This document shows positions 19,007 to 29,557 of a stretch of 64,000 bases of DNA, piece after piece (the first letter of the stretch is position 1; each line of letters opens with the position of its first letter). The DNA is from a virus (Duplodnaviria; Caudoviricetes). The notes under the pieces are model-generated. The model was not told where the DNA came from and searched no databases. It saw only the letters and a program-made list of their open reading frames with translations. The translations under genes were made by a program, and so were the position numbers. The stretch covers positions 1-64,000 of the IMG/VR virus record IMGVR_UViG_3300014969_000016; one strand, written 5' to 3'.

Positions 19007-19888
19007 TCACCAGTACCCGTTGGCTATCGCCGCCACCGTGTGCGCCTGCTGATAGTTGTACGTCTCGTAGCCGTTGACGGTGATCGTGCCAGTGGCCCGG
19101 TAGTTACTAGTGGCGGGACCGCTGGCCCAGCCGGTGCCCCGGCAGATCATCCCGGTGATGCCGCCGTTGCCCCAGTAGTCGGCCACGTCCACCGTGGTGT
19201 CAATCGACTGCACCAGCCAGGAGAACCGCTCGTTCTGACCTGAGTTGGAGAGGCGGTAGATCTCCCGGTTGTTGTAGGGAGACAGGGCCGAAGTGAAACC
19301 GGCGTATGCCGAGATCTGGTAGCGCACCGTCTGGACCGCCCGGTTGGTGGGCACGGCGTAGCCGACGAGGGCATCCTTGTAGCCGTTGACCGAAACGGCC
19401 GTGGAGAACGGGCGGGTGTCAGTCTCGGTGGTGTAGGTGGTGACGGCGTCCTTGCCCATCTTGATCTGGAGCGGGCCGCTCCACCCACTGGAGAGGCCCG
19501 ATGCCGAGATGGCTCGCACGTAGACCCGGTAGGCCGTGTTCTGCACGACCTCGGTGAAGTCGGCCGAAGGGGACACCGTGTCCTGCCTCGTCGCGACCCT
19601 GGCGGTGTCGTTGGAGTTGTTGATGGCGACCTCGTAGGTCGATACCGCAGCACCACCAGCCCCCGCCGCCCACTTGAAGCTCACCGCATCGTGGGTGGCC
19701 CAGGCGTTGACCGCCAGGTTGATCGGGTTGGCTGGGTTGCCGAGGTAGCCGGTGTCGATCCACGAACCGGCCCAGCCGATCTTCATCGTGGACGGAGACA
19801 CCCATGCCCCACCCCAGCCGATCTTGAGCTTGCCCTCGGGGAAGGCCCGCCACGTGCCGTCCGTGTGACGGAGCTTGACCGTCGCCAT
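19007..19888 (-). CDS. Virion protein with fibronectin type III-like domain
   Basis: Start MATVKL (TGATG overlap); PANPINL...KW...YEV...YRVYVRAISASGLSSGWS. Confidence 0.65.
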   Translation of the reverse strand: MATVKLRHTDGTWRAFPEGKLKIGWGGAWVSPSTMKIGWAGSWIDTGYLGNPANPINLAVNAWATHDAVSFKWAAGAGGAAVSTYEVAINNSNDTARVATRQDTVSPSADFTEVVQNTAYRVYVRAISASGLSSGWSGPLQIKMGKDAVTTYTTETDTRPFSTAVSVNGYKDALVGYAVPTNRAVQTVRYQISAYAGFTSALSPYNNREIYRLSNSGQNERFSWLVQSIDTTVDVADYWGNGGITGMICRGTGWASGPATSNYRATGTITVNGYETYNYQQAHTVAAIANGYW

Positions 19889-20859
19889 CAGGGGGACACC
19901 CAAATGGTCCCGTTGGGATAGTCGGCTGCCGAGATTGCTGCGGAGGTGTAGACGACGGGACCGCCATACCCGAGTACGGCGGTGTTGTCGTCGTTGTAGA
20001 ACTGGATCGCCCGCTCGTTCATCACCCTCGGCGTCGAATAGAAGTCGTGGTAGGTGGCCACCGACTGGATGGACGTGTCGAGCACGTGGATGTAGGACGC
20101 GCCGAGGGTGCCGGTGCCGGGATCGCGCTTCCTCATGATCGATCCGTTGGTGTTGCCGTAGAAGTAGCCCCACGACACCACGTAGCCAGAAGCGGCCGAC
20201 GTGTAGTTGCCAGGGAAGTCCACACCGTTGATGGACGATCCGACGCCACCGGTCAGGGCGCCGGATGCAGCGATGGTGGCGGCGCTGACCGAGGTGGCGG
20301 TGAGCGTGCCGACCGCCAACGTCTTGCCAGTGGCTGTGAGCACGGTGCCCGAGCCGGTCAGCGTCAGGCTGGGGGCGGTGATCGGGGAGTCCGAGACGAG
20401 ATCGGTCGTGGTGGTGGTCAACAAGACAGCCTTGGTGCCGGTCTTGATGGTCACTCCGGTATCGGCCACCGTGAGCGTGCCGCCGTTGATGGCGAACGAC
20501 GTGTCGGTGGACATACCGGTGGCCGAGAACGTCAGACCCTTGCCACCGGCAGCCGAGTGGCCCAGCTTCACCGCTGTGGTGGTGTCGGTGATGGCGTCGA
20601 GGTTGACCGGTGACGCCTTGTAGGCCTTCCAGGTGCCGGTCTTGGAGCGATACTCCAGGAGATCGGTGGTGTTGTTGTAGATGAACTGGCCGACCTGGGG
20701 CGTCAGAATCTTGGCGTCACGCTGGGCAGCGGTGGCGAAGCGCAGGATCGTGCGGTCCTGGATCCAGTCGGTATCGACCTCACGCCAGTTGTGCTTGTAG
20801 TCCTTCCAGTCGGCAACGCCGTACGGTGCCTCTGGCGGAAGGGGATCGACAATGGTCAT
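19888..20859 (-). CDS. Fibre-like virion protein
   Basis: Thr/Gly-rich, RFATAAQRDA motif, C-terminal GTIWV. Confidence 0.55.
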   Translation of the reverse strand: MTIVDPLPPEAPYGVADWKDYKHNWREVDTDWIQDRTILRFATAAQRDAKILTPQVGQFIYNNTTDLLEYRSKTGTWKAYKASPVNLDAITDTTTAVKLGHSAAGGKGLTFSATGMSTDTSFAINGGTLTVADTGVTIKTGTKAVLLTTTTTDLVSDSPITAPSLTLTGSGTVLTATGKTLAVGTLTATSVSAATIAASGALTGGVGSSINGVDFPGNYTSAASGYVVSWGYFYGNTNGSIMRKRDPGTGTLGASYIHVLDTSIQSVATYHDFYSTPRVMNERAIQFYNDDNTAVLGYGGPVVYTSAAISAADYPNGTIWVSP

Positions 20860-20868
20860 GGGGGACTC

Positions 20869-21324
20869 CTAGATCACCAGAATCACGATGAAGGCCACGT
20901 TGGCCTTGGCGTTGGGGAGTGTGCCGGTACCGGAGATCCAGGAGATCGGCACCGTGGCGTCGGAAGCACCGATGGTCGCAGAGCCGGTCACGTTGAAGCG
21001 ATGAATGGCGGAAACGTTGTCCCAGTCGTTGATGCGGATCTGGCAACCAACACTGAGCATGCGGAAGACTTGGGTGCGGTCGGCCCCATCGTTGTCCAGC
21101 AGACGGAAGACAGCGCTGTGGGCGAGCGAGAGGTTGGCGTTGTCGAAGCGCACCTGGTTGCCGGTGGGCGGCGGTGCGGCGTTGGAGTACTGCCAGGAGT
21201 AGCTGTTGAAGAGGTACTCGGGCTTGTCTTCCACGACGGTGAGGCGAGCGTCGAGCGTGGCCAGGTAGGCGTTGAGATCGTCACCCCAGTCCTGCATCCC
21301 GATCACGGGTGGTGTGTTACTCAT
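20869..21324 (-). CDS. Hypothetical virion protein
   Basis: PVIGMQDWGDDLNAYL N-terminus; GGAGG RBS. Confidence 0.55.
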   Translation of the reverse strand: MSNTPPVIGMQDWGDDLNAYLATLDARLTVVEDKPEYLFNSYSWQYSNAAPPPTGNQVRFDNANLSLAHSAVFRLLDNDGADRTQVFRMLSVGCQIRINDWDNVSAIHRFNVTGSATIGASDATVPISWISGTGTLPNAKANVAFIVILVI

Positions 21325-21326
21325 CT

Positions 21327-21905
21327 CTAACCTCCGTATGGGCCTTCACCGTAGTGGCCGCTGCCGTAGCCAGTTTCTGGAATCGGCAGTGGCACCGTCA
21401 TCACCGACCCTGGACCGAAGTCGAACTGCATGTCGTCGGCCGGGTACGTCTCGATACCGGTGATGCCGATGATCACATCTTCGCCCTTGGCCCGCCCTCG
21501 GATCTGGAAGGCGCTGACTTCCCAGTAGCGGTTGTCGTAGTAGAAGAGGTCGTGTGCCCGGTCTTCCCGCCAGATCTCGGACGGTGATGCGTCAGTGATC
21601 CGGTTGCCGTGAGCCTCGGTGACCGAAACCCCAGCCTCGTAGAGATCGCGAGCAGACACGGCCAGACGAATGCGCAGAGTTGGGCGGCGACCTTCCGGGG
21701 CGTAGTCCTCGGTGGCTTCTGACTGATCGACCCACAGGACGGGGATCCGAAGACCCGGTTGATAACGTCGGTACCCCTCGTCGTAGACGTTGTCATACTC
21801 TGAGTTGGTGCCGTCGAACTTGTAGTAGATGATCGCTTCACCGATGTCCTCCTGGTAGCGACCGAAGTGCTTCCAGATCTCACGGACCTCACGTCGAACG
21901 TCCAT
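21327..21905 (-). CDS. Probable head closure (stopper) protein
   Basis: Position in the neck module; YDNVYDEG...DLFYYDNRYWEV. Confidence 0.55.
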   Translation of the reverse strand: MDVRREVREIWKHFGRYQEDIGEAIIYYKFDGTNSEYDNVYDEGYRRYQPGLRIPVLWVDQSEATEDYAPEGRRPTLRIRLAVSARDLYEAGVSVTEAHGNRITDASPSEIWREDRAHDLFYYDNRYWEVSAFQIRGRAKGEDVIIGITGIETYPADDMQFDFGPGSVMTVPLPIPETGYGSGHYGEGPYGG

Positions 21906-22270
21906 CAGATGTGCTTCTCCCAGTTGGGATGAGCCTTCTTGGCGAGCTTGATGCGGTCGGGCGTGATCGACTCCGGCGTGTACTTAGCTCCCTCACTGCC
22001 GAACTCGTCGTGGTGGACCGGCAACCCGCTGACATCGATACGCCAGCGGTCGTAGCCATAGTGCGTGGCGTCGTGCATGCTGGAGCCGTACTCGGAGTAG
22101 CCGTGCGGCGACATGTACACGCCAGACGGCATGGTTCGGGCGTTCTCGGCGTAACCCATCGTCCCCGGAGATCGGGCGAGCAACCCCCGCCCTCGGATGG
22201 AGTCACGGCTTCTGACCGGTGCTTCGTGGTAGAGGAACTGCTTGCCGTTAACGGCTTCATGGGCGGGCAT
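21905..22270 (-). CDS. ADP-ribosyltransferase-fold protein (Tpt1/KptA-like motifs)
   Basis: LYHEAP...SIRGRGL...GVYMS...WRIDVSGL...YTPESITPDRI resembles the His...S-I-x-x-x-G-L...V-Y-L-S pattern of NAD-binding ART folds. Confidence 0.55.
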   Translation of the reverse strand: MPAHEAVNGKQFLYHEAPVRSRDSIRGRGLLARSPGTMGYAENARTMPSGVYMSPHGYSEYGSSMHDATHYGYDRWRIDVSGLPVHHDEFGSEGAKYTPESITPDRIKLAKKAHPNWEKHI

Positions 22271-22599
22271 CAGGACTTCCTCCGTGGCAACTTGCCGCCA
22301 ACAGAGCGCGCCCAAGCATCACCGGAGTCAGTCCGATCAGCGCTGTGAGCAGGCTTGACGATGTGAGGATTCTCAGCAGCCAGTCGATGGCCCTCGTTCC
22401 ATAGAGCCGTACCAATGCCTTGACGAGGCTCCATGGCCTGGATGAAGTGGATGCCCTTGTGGCTCCACGACATGTGGCCGATCTCGGTGTCACCCTTGAC
22501 CGCCGCCAGTCGGTGTTGGTCGAAGGAGATACCAGACTCGGACGGCGGGTAGTGCTTGTACTGGAACTGCACGTCGGAAAGCTTCTCATGGGCTGGCAT
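22270..22599 (-). CDS. GNAT-family acetyltransferase-like protein
   Basis: RQGIGTALW acetyl-CoA-binding motif; TDSGDAWA. Confidence 0.65.
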   Translation of the reverse strand: MPAHEKLSDVQFQYKHYPPSESGISFDQHRLAAVKGDTEIGHMSWSHKGIHFIQAMEPRQGIGTALWNEGHRLAAENPHIVKPAHSADRTDSGDAWARSVGGKLPRRKS

Positions 22600-23447
22600 C
22601 ACGCACCGCTAGTACCAAGAGTCGTCCAGCCGATCTCACGCCACCCCGGATACCTGCGGTACATATCCGCTGGTGTGAGCGCCTCGGTCACATCGATGAC
22701 ATCGACGCTGTCCCCCCCTGGGCCTTCCATCACACCGTCCGGGATGGGGGGCAGCAGGCGCTTGGGCCAACGTGGATCGTCGGCCTCACGGTCCCGATAC
22801 AGGGGTACGAGCCTGTTAGTCAGGTATGCCACTCGACGCAGCTTGAACTGCTCCAGCGCACCCAGGCCGATGTTCAGAGCCGCCGCCCGCTCGTTGTACT
22901 GGCCCTGCCAGTAGTTGAGCATCTGCAGCACCTGCTGGAAACGCTGGCGGGCCGGGATGTACATGCCCTCCGGTGTTGACACATCGATGTCCATGGAGAA
23001 CTCCAGGCACAACGACCACAACGCCCGCACCACCGCCGACATGGCGGTGACCTCCACGTAGACGCCTTCCAGATCGTCAACGTCGCCGGTCGTGTTGTAC
23101 AACACCTCTTCGGCTGCCGAGCCAGCATGGAGGGCAAGCTCGCTGTCGCTGAACCAGGTGTAGTAGTAGCCCGACACCAACACCCGCTTGTTCAGGGCCG
23201 AGGTGTCGGTGAGCTTGAGCAGGCCGTTGCGGTCATCCAGATCCCAGTCCGTGGTCGGCGTGGAGATGATGTCGGTGGACGGCGGTGGCTCCGGGGTGCC
23301 CAGGAAGACCTGGAGCGAGGCGGGCGAGATCATCGGGTGGGGCAACCTGATGGTCAGCACGTTCATCGGCCCCTGTTCGACTTCGAAGTACTTGGGGAAG
23401 TCGCGCAGGTAGGTGCGGGCGGTTCCGGCGATGCTGGCTACTGACAT
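22599..23447 (-). CDS. Probable head-tail adaptor
   Basis: Position; DIDVSTPEGMYIPARQRFQQ. Confidence 0.55.
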   Translation of the reverse strand: MSVASIAGTARTYLRDFPKYFEVEQGPMNVLTIRLPHPMISPASLQVFLGTPEPPPSTDIISTPTTDWDLDDRNGLLKLTDTSALNKRVLVSGYYYTWFSDSELALHAGSAAEEVLYNTTGDVDDLEGVYVEVTAMSAVVRALWSLCLEFSMDIDVSTPEGMYIPARQRFQQVLQMLNYWQGQYNERAAALNIGLGALEQFKLRRVAYLTNRLVPLYRDREADDPRWPKRLLPPIPDGVMEGPGGDSVDVIDVTEALTPADMYRRYPGWREIGWTTLGTSGA

Positions 23448-23448
23448 G

Positions 23449-23880
23449 TCACAACCTCATCCAGAGTCGGGTCGATGCCGAGACGCCATCGGGGAGAGGG
23501 TCATCAGGTTCACCGGGGCGCACCACCAAAGTGCCGGTGTTGTCCAGGCGCAACGGCCCATCGGCCTCGTTGGTGTCGAACCAGGCGATCAGGTTGGGAT
23601 CGCCGTCGCCACGGTCCTGCACCAGCACCATCTGGTAGTCGGTGTCACCGGGCACCACCTGGAAGAAGGCCGGGTAGCCGACGCAGGCGCCGCCCTCCAG
23701 TACGGCACGGCCCTGGATCTCGGTGCGGGCAACCTCTGTCCCGTCGAGGTCGGACAGTTTCTTCTGCAGGACATCCAGGGAGGAGTCCTTCCGCAGGACG
23801 CCGAGGATCGAATGGACCTGCCAATTGAACTTGCCAGCCGCCAGCAAGTCAACGACCTGCGAGTACTTGCTGTTGGCCAT
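23449..23880 (-). CDS. Hypothetical virion protein
   Basis: GGAGG RBS then MANSKY...; LIAWFDT motif. Confidence 0.55.
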   Translation of the reverse strand: MANSKYSQVVDLLAAGKFNWQVHSILGVLRKDSSLDVLQKKLSDLDGTEVARTEIQGRAVLEGGACVGYPAFFQVVPGDTDYQMVLVQDRGDGDPNLIAWFDTNEADGPLRLDNTGTLVVRPGEPDDPLPDGVSASTRLWMRL

Positions 23881-26800
23881 CTGATACCTCCGTATCAAGA
23901 GTAGATGATGAGGGCCATACCAGGGCCGAACCGCAGTAGATCCTGCTCACTGGCGTGCCGCCCAGGTAGACGGCCAAAGCCTGGTTGAGAACGACGATGC
24001 CCCGCATGTCCACCTCGGGCGAGGTGATCAGGTGCGATGTCGCCTGGACGAGGAGGAAGGCCACCCCGGTGAGGATGAGATTGCTGGTGGCGGTGTGACC
24101 GTGCTGGGCCGAGTCGATGGCCAGGAACTGGTCCTGGGTCAGCCCGACGTTGGTCGAGGTGACAGCGTGGAGGCTCGCAGCAACGACCAGTGATGACCCA
24201 CCGGACAGTGACGGGATGTTGTCGGCGGTGTGGGCGTGGGTGGAGAAGGCAACGACGAGGACGTGCTGCTGTGTCAGCGTGACGTTGTCGGAGGTGACGG
24301 CATGGACCGCATCGGCAACCACCACGCTGAAGGTCTGGACGAGCGTTGGGCTGTCGGAGGTGAGGGCGTGAGCAGCCGCCTGCACGAACAGGTCGGCTAC
24401 CGGCGAGACATTGCTCGCCGTGTGGATGTGGTAGCCGTCGCTGACGATCAGCGACGGCGTGATGATCAGGTTGTCGGCAGCGTGGGCATGGGTGGCGCTG
24501 GCCACCACCATTGACACGCCGAGCGGGGTGACGTTGTCTGCGCTGTGGGCGTGGGCGGCGTCCTGGACCGCCATTGACACACCGAGCGGCGCAACGTTGT
24601 CTGCTGTGTGGGCGTGGAACCCCGGCTGGACGATGAGCAAGGGGACGCCCGACAGCGACACGTCCTGGGCTTCATGCAGGTTGGTGGCGTTATCGACCAA
24701 CAGCCCTGGCGTGATGATGACATCGGGAGAGGTAACAGCGTGCGCTGCGCTCTGGACCGCTGGGTCCACTCCGATGACGGGGCTTACCGAGGTATGGGCA
24801 TGTACCGCAGAGGCAACGACGAGGTCCGGTACCGGATACAGCACCGGAGCATCAGCGAGGTGGACATGTGCCGCCGACTGGACCGCCAGGTCAACGACGA
24901 GATCGACATTGCCCGAGATGTGGACGTGGTTGGCGCTCTGGACAACGAGCACCACGTCGAGAGCGACATTGTCGGCGGTATGAAGATGAGCACCCGCCGC
25001 CACCACCAGGTTGGGGACCGGGTACAGCGGAGCAACGTTGTCAGCCGTGTGAGCGTGAGCAGCGCTATCGACGGCGATGTTGTGGGCCTGGGTGAGATCG
25101 ACATTGCCAGCGCTGTGTAGATGGAGGGCGTTCTGGAGGGCCAGATCACCCTGCATCTGCAGGGTGGGAGCATCAGCCGTGTGCTGGTGTGTTGCACCCT
25201 GCACCACCATGTCCACGCCGAGAGGAGCGACGTTGGCAGCAGTGTGGTCGTGAACCGCCGACTGAACGACGAGGACGACATCGATGGCGACGTTGGCTGC
25301 CGTGTGGAGATGAACAGCGTCAGCAGGAGCCAGGACGACGTAGTTGAGGACAACATTGTCAGCGGTATGAACATGGACGCCGTCCACAACGGCGAGGCTG
25401 GAGCCGCCAGCAATGGCAACGTTGTCTGCCGTGTGCGCGTGTGTGGCGCTTTGAACGACGAGGCTGCTGTTCTCGACCAGCTTCGTGTCGGGGATGATGG
25501 AGGCCGGGTTGCTCAGTGTCCATGTACGACCGCGAGCATCGGTCCAACCAGCGCCACCGGCATACTCGGCAACGTCCATCCGCCACTGGACAGCCCCTGC
25601 GTTGGGGTTGGTGCCCGAGCGCATCTCGACCCAGTAGAACGAACCCTTGGGGGTGTTGTACGGAGCGTTGAACGACTGGGTCGGGCCGATGGTGATCGGG
25701 TAGTTCGTCACCCACGGTGTGTACGGGCCGTAGCCGTCATCGAAGTACGCAGCCGCCGTCCAGGTGACACCATCCACGGACCAGTACAGGTGCATGGTGT
25801 AATTCGGCGTCAGTGTGACAACGAACGCCCAGTACGGAACTGTGGGCGTCAGATTTGAGTCCCAGGTACCAGTGTTGATGACATCGTTGCCGCTGTAGAC
25901 GGGGTCACCGATGGTGAACCATGGCAGGGTCCGGTTGTTAGCTGGATCGACTCGCAGGTTCGCCATGAACGTGAACGGGCCGTAGTCGTTCCACCAGTCA
26001 CCGACACCAGCCGATGCGCTTTGGTAGGCGAGGTAGACATCCCGGAGGTTGGTGACCTTGGCCACGATGGTGAACGCTGGCGATGACAGCGGCCCTGGGT
26101 TTGGTGTCGTGATCTTCCCGAGCAGTGGTTCGTGGTATGGACCCGCCACTGGTGTGATGGTGTGATACCCGGAGTTGACCAGGAGCGTCGGCACCTGCAC
26201 CAACACCACTGGGCCGGTGGTGTGCAGGTTGGTCGCAGACTGGACGACAAGATCGACACCGAGCGCAACGTTCGCCGCCGTGTGAACGTGTACCGCATCC
26301 TGGGTGACGAGGTTGATGCTGGGAACGACGAGAACGGCGTTGTCTGCGGCCTGTGCGTGACTCGCGCTCTGGACAGCCAGGTCAACGACAAGCGGAACAT
26401 CGACAATGCCGCCACCACCAACCGGGGTGATGGTGGCGTAGAACGTGACAACCTGAGTGTCGGTACCACCGGACGGTGACCACACCGACGACAGGCCCGT
26501 TGAGTTGTCGTTGGACAGCGCTGGTCCACCAGGACCGGCGCCGTAGCGGAATCCCCAGGTGGGACTGCCGACCTCGTTGTACTTAATCGCCGCTCCGTAA
26601 CGGACCCCGGCCGTCAGGGCAATCGAACAGGGCTTGGTGATCCAGCCACTGGAGGCTGGCATGGTCATGGGGACAATCGCCCCGATCCGGTTCGTCGGGT
26701 TACCCGTACCGCCGTCGATTTGGTAGATCGCCATCGACGGGTCACCGATGACGGTGTCGTCGTGGTAGATGGACATCGACGTGACCACGTCGCCAGCCGA

Positions 26801-29542
26801 GGCGACGTAGGTGAGGCTGGGGTGGATGAAGCACTGGCTGGCGTAACTGACCAACGCTGAAGCGGGGTTGGCGGCGATGGCGGTGATGCCTGCGTTGATG
26901 GGCGCTGCGCCACTGCCGTAGCCCGAGGTGACGGCGTGGGCGCCGTTGTCCACGACCAGGGTCGTGCTGGTGATGTAGGTGATGGTGACGTTGTCTGATA
27001 CCGATGTATGGGACGCCGCTGCTACGACGAGGCTGACACCTACAGCAACGTTGTCGGCAACGTGAGCGTGCGTCGCCGCCTGGACTGCTATGTCAACACC
27101 GACAGCGATGTTGGCCGCTGTGTGAGCATGCAGAGCGTCAGCCACCACCAAGTTGGTGACCGTGATCTGCGTGAGGACCGTGTTGTCGGCAACGTGAGCG
27201 TGAGCGGCGTCCTGGACGACGAGGACGGTTGGAACGAACTGAGTGATCGTGATGTTGTCGGCCGCGTGAGCGTGAGCGGCATCCTGTACGAAGAGGTCGA
27301 TGGGCGGTGTCGTGACGAGGTTGACGGTCGGCGTGACCGTGTAGGTCATGCTCGCCGTCGAATCGTTGCGGACCACCCGGAAGCGCAGTACATCGCCACC
27401 AGCGAGGTTGGCGGCGATCAGCTTCACCGAGTACAGGATCTCGGTGAAGTTGTTCGCGGCCCAGCCGATGTTCTGGACGTGGCCCAGTTCGGACACTTTG
27501 CCTGGCACGAACGTGCCCGTGCCACCAGTGAGCCGGTTGGTAGTAGCTTGACCCTCGGTCAGGTTGGGGTTGTCATACGGGAGCACAGGAGTCGTCGTGT
27601 AGATCGCGTGCATCGTGTCTACGCTGGCGTTCCCCGTCCAGTAGGGAGTCACTCCGTCGTCCCAGGTGTTGCAGAAGTTGCCCGGTCCTGGTGAAGAACC
27701 CGTGACGGTGTCTTGCACGGAGAGATTCAACGTGTTGGCGGCGGTTGTCCCCGACGGTGCCCGGAAACAAGCCTGATACGCCGTGGCAGCGTTGAGTTTG
27801 ACCGTCCCGTCGAAGATGAACTCGTACCACGTCGGGGTGGTAGTGAGTGTTGTGATATCAATAGAGGTCGTTGAGACTGCCAGCGGCACGGTGTTGCTGC
27901 TGAACTCGTTGCCATAGACGTGGCACACAACTTGGCCGGTAGGGGTACCGGTCTTCGACAAGTGGAATGCAGCCTTGGTGATGTACTCCCCGTTGCCGAT
28001 GAAGTACTGACCGATAACGCGTACCCCCGTGGGGGTGGTACCCAGATAACACGGCTTGTTCCCGGTCCTGTACGTCTCTGGCCACGACTGCAAGAGGGAC
28101 GACGTGGGCGTCGCTACCGAGACGGTGGAGACATCGAAAATCTGGTCGTTCGCCAGAGCAGACCAGCCGGTGGTGTGTTGAGTGGCGTTTCCGCCGTGTG
28201 CCCCGGTGGTGTCCTGCGAGCACGCGAGAGTGTTGCTGGCGTCCGTGCCTGTCACCGACGTGAAGACCTCAACGACATACGGCGTTCCGTTGACGAGGGT
28301 GTACGTCGGGTCGAAGTCGAAGTAGACCCAGGAGAAGGCTGTGGAGATGGCCGAACAGGAGAGGACTGTCGTAGCGTTCGCCAGCGGTGTTCCCGTTCCG
28401 ACACTGCTGGTCCCGTACGTGCCGCTATGGGCGTACAGGCGGGCCGACACGGTGCCGGGAGCAGTCCCGATCCGCTTCAACCACATCCCGACTCTCGACA
28501 GATTCTGGCCGTTACCGAGGAACGACTGCCCCCTGCCGATGGTCGTGAAGTTGATCTGGGCATCGACGCCTGCATTGGTTTCGGAGTACCAGTCGCACCG
28601 CTGTGCTACCGAAGCGGCGACGACAGATGTCCAGGCACCGTTGGCGTTGCGCTCCCATTGGAGTCGGTAGTCATCAGTGGCCGGAACGGTCTGGGAGTTC
28701 GTGGACTGCAACCGCACCCGGATCATCCCGTAGCCGTCGCCAGTAGAGGGGTTGGCAGTGAGAGCGGTGTCCTGGGCGGCGAGAGCGGCGGCACCGGACT
28801 CAGTACCGGCCTCGTCGTAGAGACGGTACGCCGCTTGTGCGATAGTAGGTTCGGGGATCGGCTGGAGGACCGCACAGATGGAGCCGTTGCCAGCCGTCAT
28901 CGCCCCGGCGTTGAGATACGTCTCATGTGTGCCGGTGGACAGCTTGTACTGGAAACCGCCGAAGTTGTTGGTGGCGGCGCTGCCGCCTGTGGACCCCACG
29001 CTATGGGGGACCGCTGGAGTCCACCCGTTGCAGCCAAACGGGACAGCAGCAGAGTTTGACCCGAACATGAAGCCGAGGGCGAGGTCATTAGTAGACGGCA
29101 CAGTGCCACTGGTGGAACCGGACGCTTGTGTGATCGTTGTCGAGTAGGCGGTCCCAACTGTGTTACGGAGAATGGCCTGCGTTCCCGAGAACTCCGTGAA
29201 CAGGATCGCCTTCTGTGTCACCGACGAGTCAAGGGTGACGGTGTAGGCGGCAGCCGACCAGTTGACGGTCGTCTGGATGCACCACATCTCACCTGAGGAG
29301 AAGGCACCAGCCGAGGTGGAGGTAGAGCGGGCTGCTCCGAGGAACAGCCAGTTGTTCGTCTCCCCGGCCATCTTGGTGATGGACGAGACGATGGGTTTGG
29401 AGGCCGTGGTGAAGTTGTCGAACAGGACGCAGGCAACGATCACGTTGCCCGCCGTCGTGGCACCCGTCGTCGTCAGGGCCAGCGTTGTACCGGCCGTCTT
29501 GTTGGAGGTGTTGCCCAGGTTCTGAACGAATGCTGGGATCAC
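23849..29542 (-). CDS. Giant (1897 aa) fibre/adhesin-like virion protein with His-rich repeats
   Basis: Long ORF with dozens of [LV]-V-V-x-x-A-x-H-x-H-x-A-D-N-V repeats and several beta-rich globular domains. Confidence 0.75.
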   Translation of the reverse strand: MIPAFVQNLGNTSNKTAGTTLALTTTGATTAGNVIVACVLFDNFTTASKPIVSSITKMAGETNNWLFLGAARSTSTSAGAFSSGEMWCIQTTVNWSAAAYTVTLDSSVTQKAILFTEFSGTQAILRNTVGTAYSTTITQASGSTSGTVPSTNDLALGFMFGSNSAAVPFGCNGWTPAVPHSVGSTGGSAATNNFGGFQYKLSTGTHETYLNAGAMTAGNGSICAVLQPIPEPTIAQAAYRLYDEAGTESGAAALAAQDTALTANPSTGDGYGMIRVRLQSTNSQTVPATDDYRLQWERNANGAWTSVVAASVAQRCDWYSETNAGVDAQINFTTIGRGQSFLGNGQNLSRVGMWLKRIGTAPGTVSARLYAHSGTYGTSSVGTGTPLANATTVLSCSAISTAFSWVYFDFDPTYTLVNGTPYVVEVFTSVTGTDASNTLACSQDTTGAHGGNATQHTTGWSALANDQIFDVSTVSVATPTSSLLQSWPETYRTGNKPCYLGTTPTGVRVIGQYFIGNGEYITKAAFHLSKTGTPTGQVVCHVYGNEFSSNTVPLAVSTTSIDITTLTTTPTWYEFIFDGTVKLNAATAYQACFRAPSGTTAANTLNLSVQDTVTGSSPGPGNFCNTWDDGVTPYWTGNASVDTMHAIYTTTPVLPYDNPNLTEGQATTNRLTGGTGTFVPGKVSELGHVQNIGWAANNFTEILYSVKLIAANLAGGDVLRFRVVRNDSTASMTYTVTPTVNLVTTPPIDLFVQDAAHAHAADNITITQFVPTVLVVQDAAHAHVADNTVLTQITVTNLVVADALHAHTAANIAVGVDIAVQAATHAHVADNVAVGVSLVVAAASHTSVSDNVTITYITSTTLVVDNGAHAVTSGYGSGAAPINAGITAIAANPASALVSYASQCFIHPSLTYVASAGDVVTSMSIYHDDTVIGDPSMAIYQIDGGTGNPTNRIGAIVPMTMPASSGWITKPCSIALTAGVRYGAAIKYNEVGSPTWGFRYGAGPGGPALSNDNSTGLSSVWSPSGGTDTQVVTFYATITPVGGGGIVDVPLVVDLAVQSASHAQAADNAVLVVPSINLVTQDAVHVHTAANVALGVDLVVQSATNLHTTGPVVLVQVPTLLVNSGYHTITPVAGPYHEPLLGKITTPNPGPLSSPAFTIVAKVTNLRDVYLAYQSASAGVGDWWNDYGPFTFMANLRVDPANNRTLPWFTIGDPVYSGNDVINTGTWDSNLTPTVPYWAFVVTLTPNYTMHLYWSVDGVTWTAAAYFDDGYGPYTPWVTNYPITIGPTQSFNAPYNTPKGSFYWVEMRSGTNPNAGAVQWRMDVAEYAGGAGWTDARGRTWTLSNPASIIPDTKLVENSSLVVQSATHAHTADNVAIAGGSSLAVVDGVHVHTADNVVLNYVVLAPADAVHLHTAANVAIDVVLVVQSAVHDHTAANVAPLGVDMVVQGATHQHTADAPTLQMQGDLALQNALHLHSAGNVDLTQAHNIAVDSAAHAHTADNVAPLYPVPNLVVAAGAHLHTADNVALDVVLVVQSANHVHISGNVDLVVDLAVQSAAHVHLADAPVLYPVPDLVVASAVHAHTSVSPVIGVDPAVQSAAHAVTSPDVIITPGLLVDNATNLHEAQDVSLSGVPLLIVQPGFHAHTADNVAPLGVSMAVQDAAHAHSADNVTPLGVSMVVASATHAHAADNLIITPSLIVSDGYHIHTASNVSPVADLFVQAAAHALTSDSPTLVQTFSVVVADAVHAVTSDNVTLTQQHVLVVAFSTHAHTADNIPSLSGGSSLVVAASLHAVTSTNVGLTQDQFLAIDSAQHGHTATSNLILTGVAFLLVQATSHLITSPEVDMRGIVVLNQALAVYLGGTPVSRIYCGSALVWPSSSTLDTEVSDGQQQVLAGR

Positions 29543-29557
29543 GGGGTTACCCCGCGA

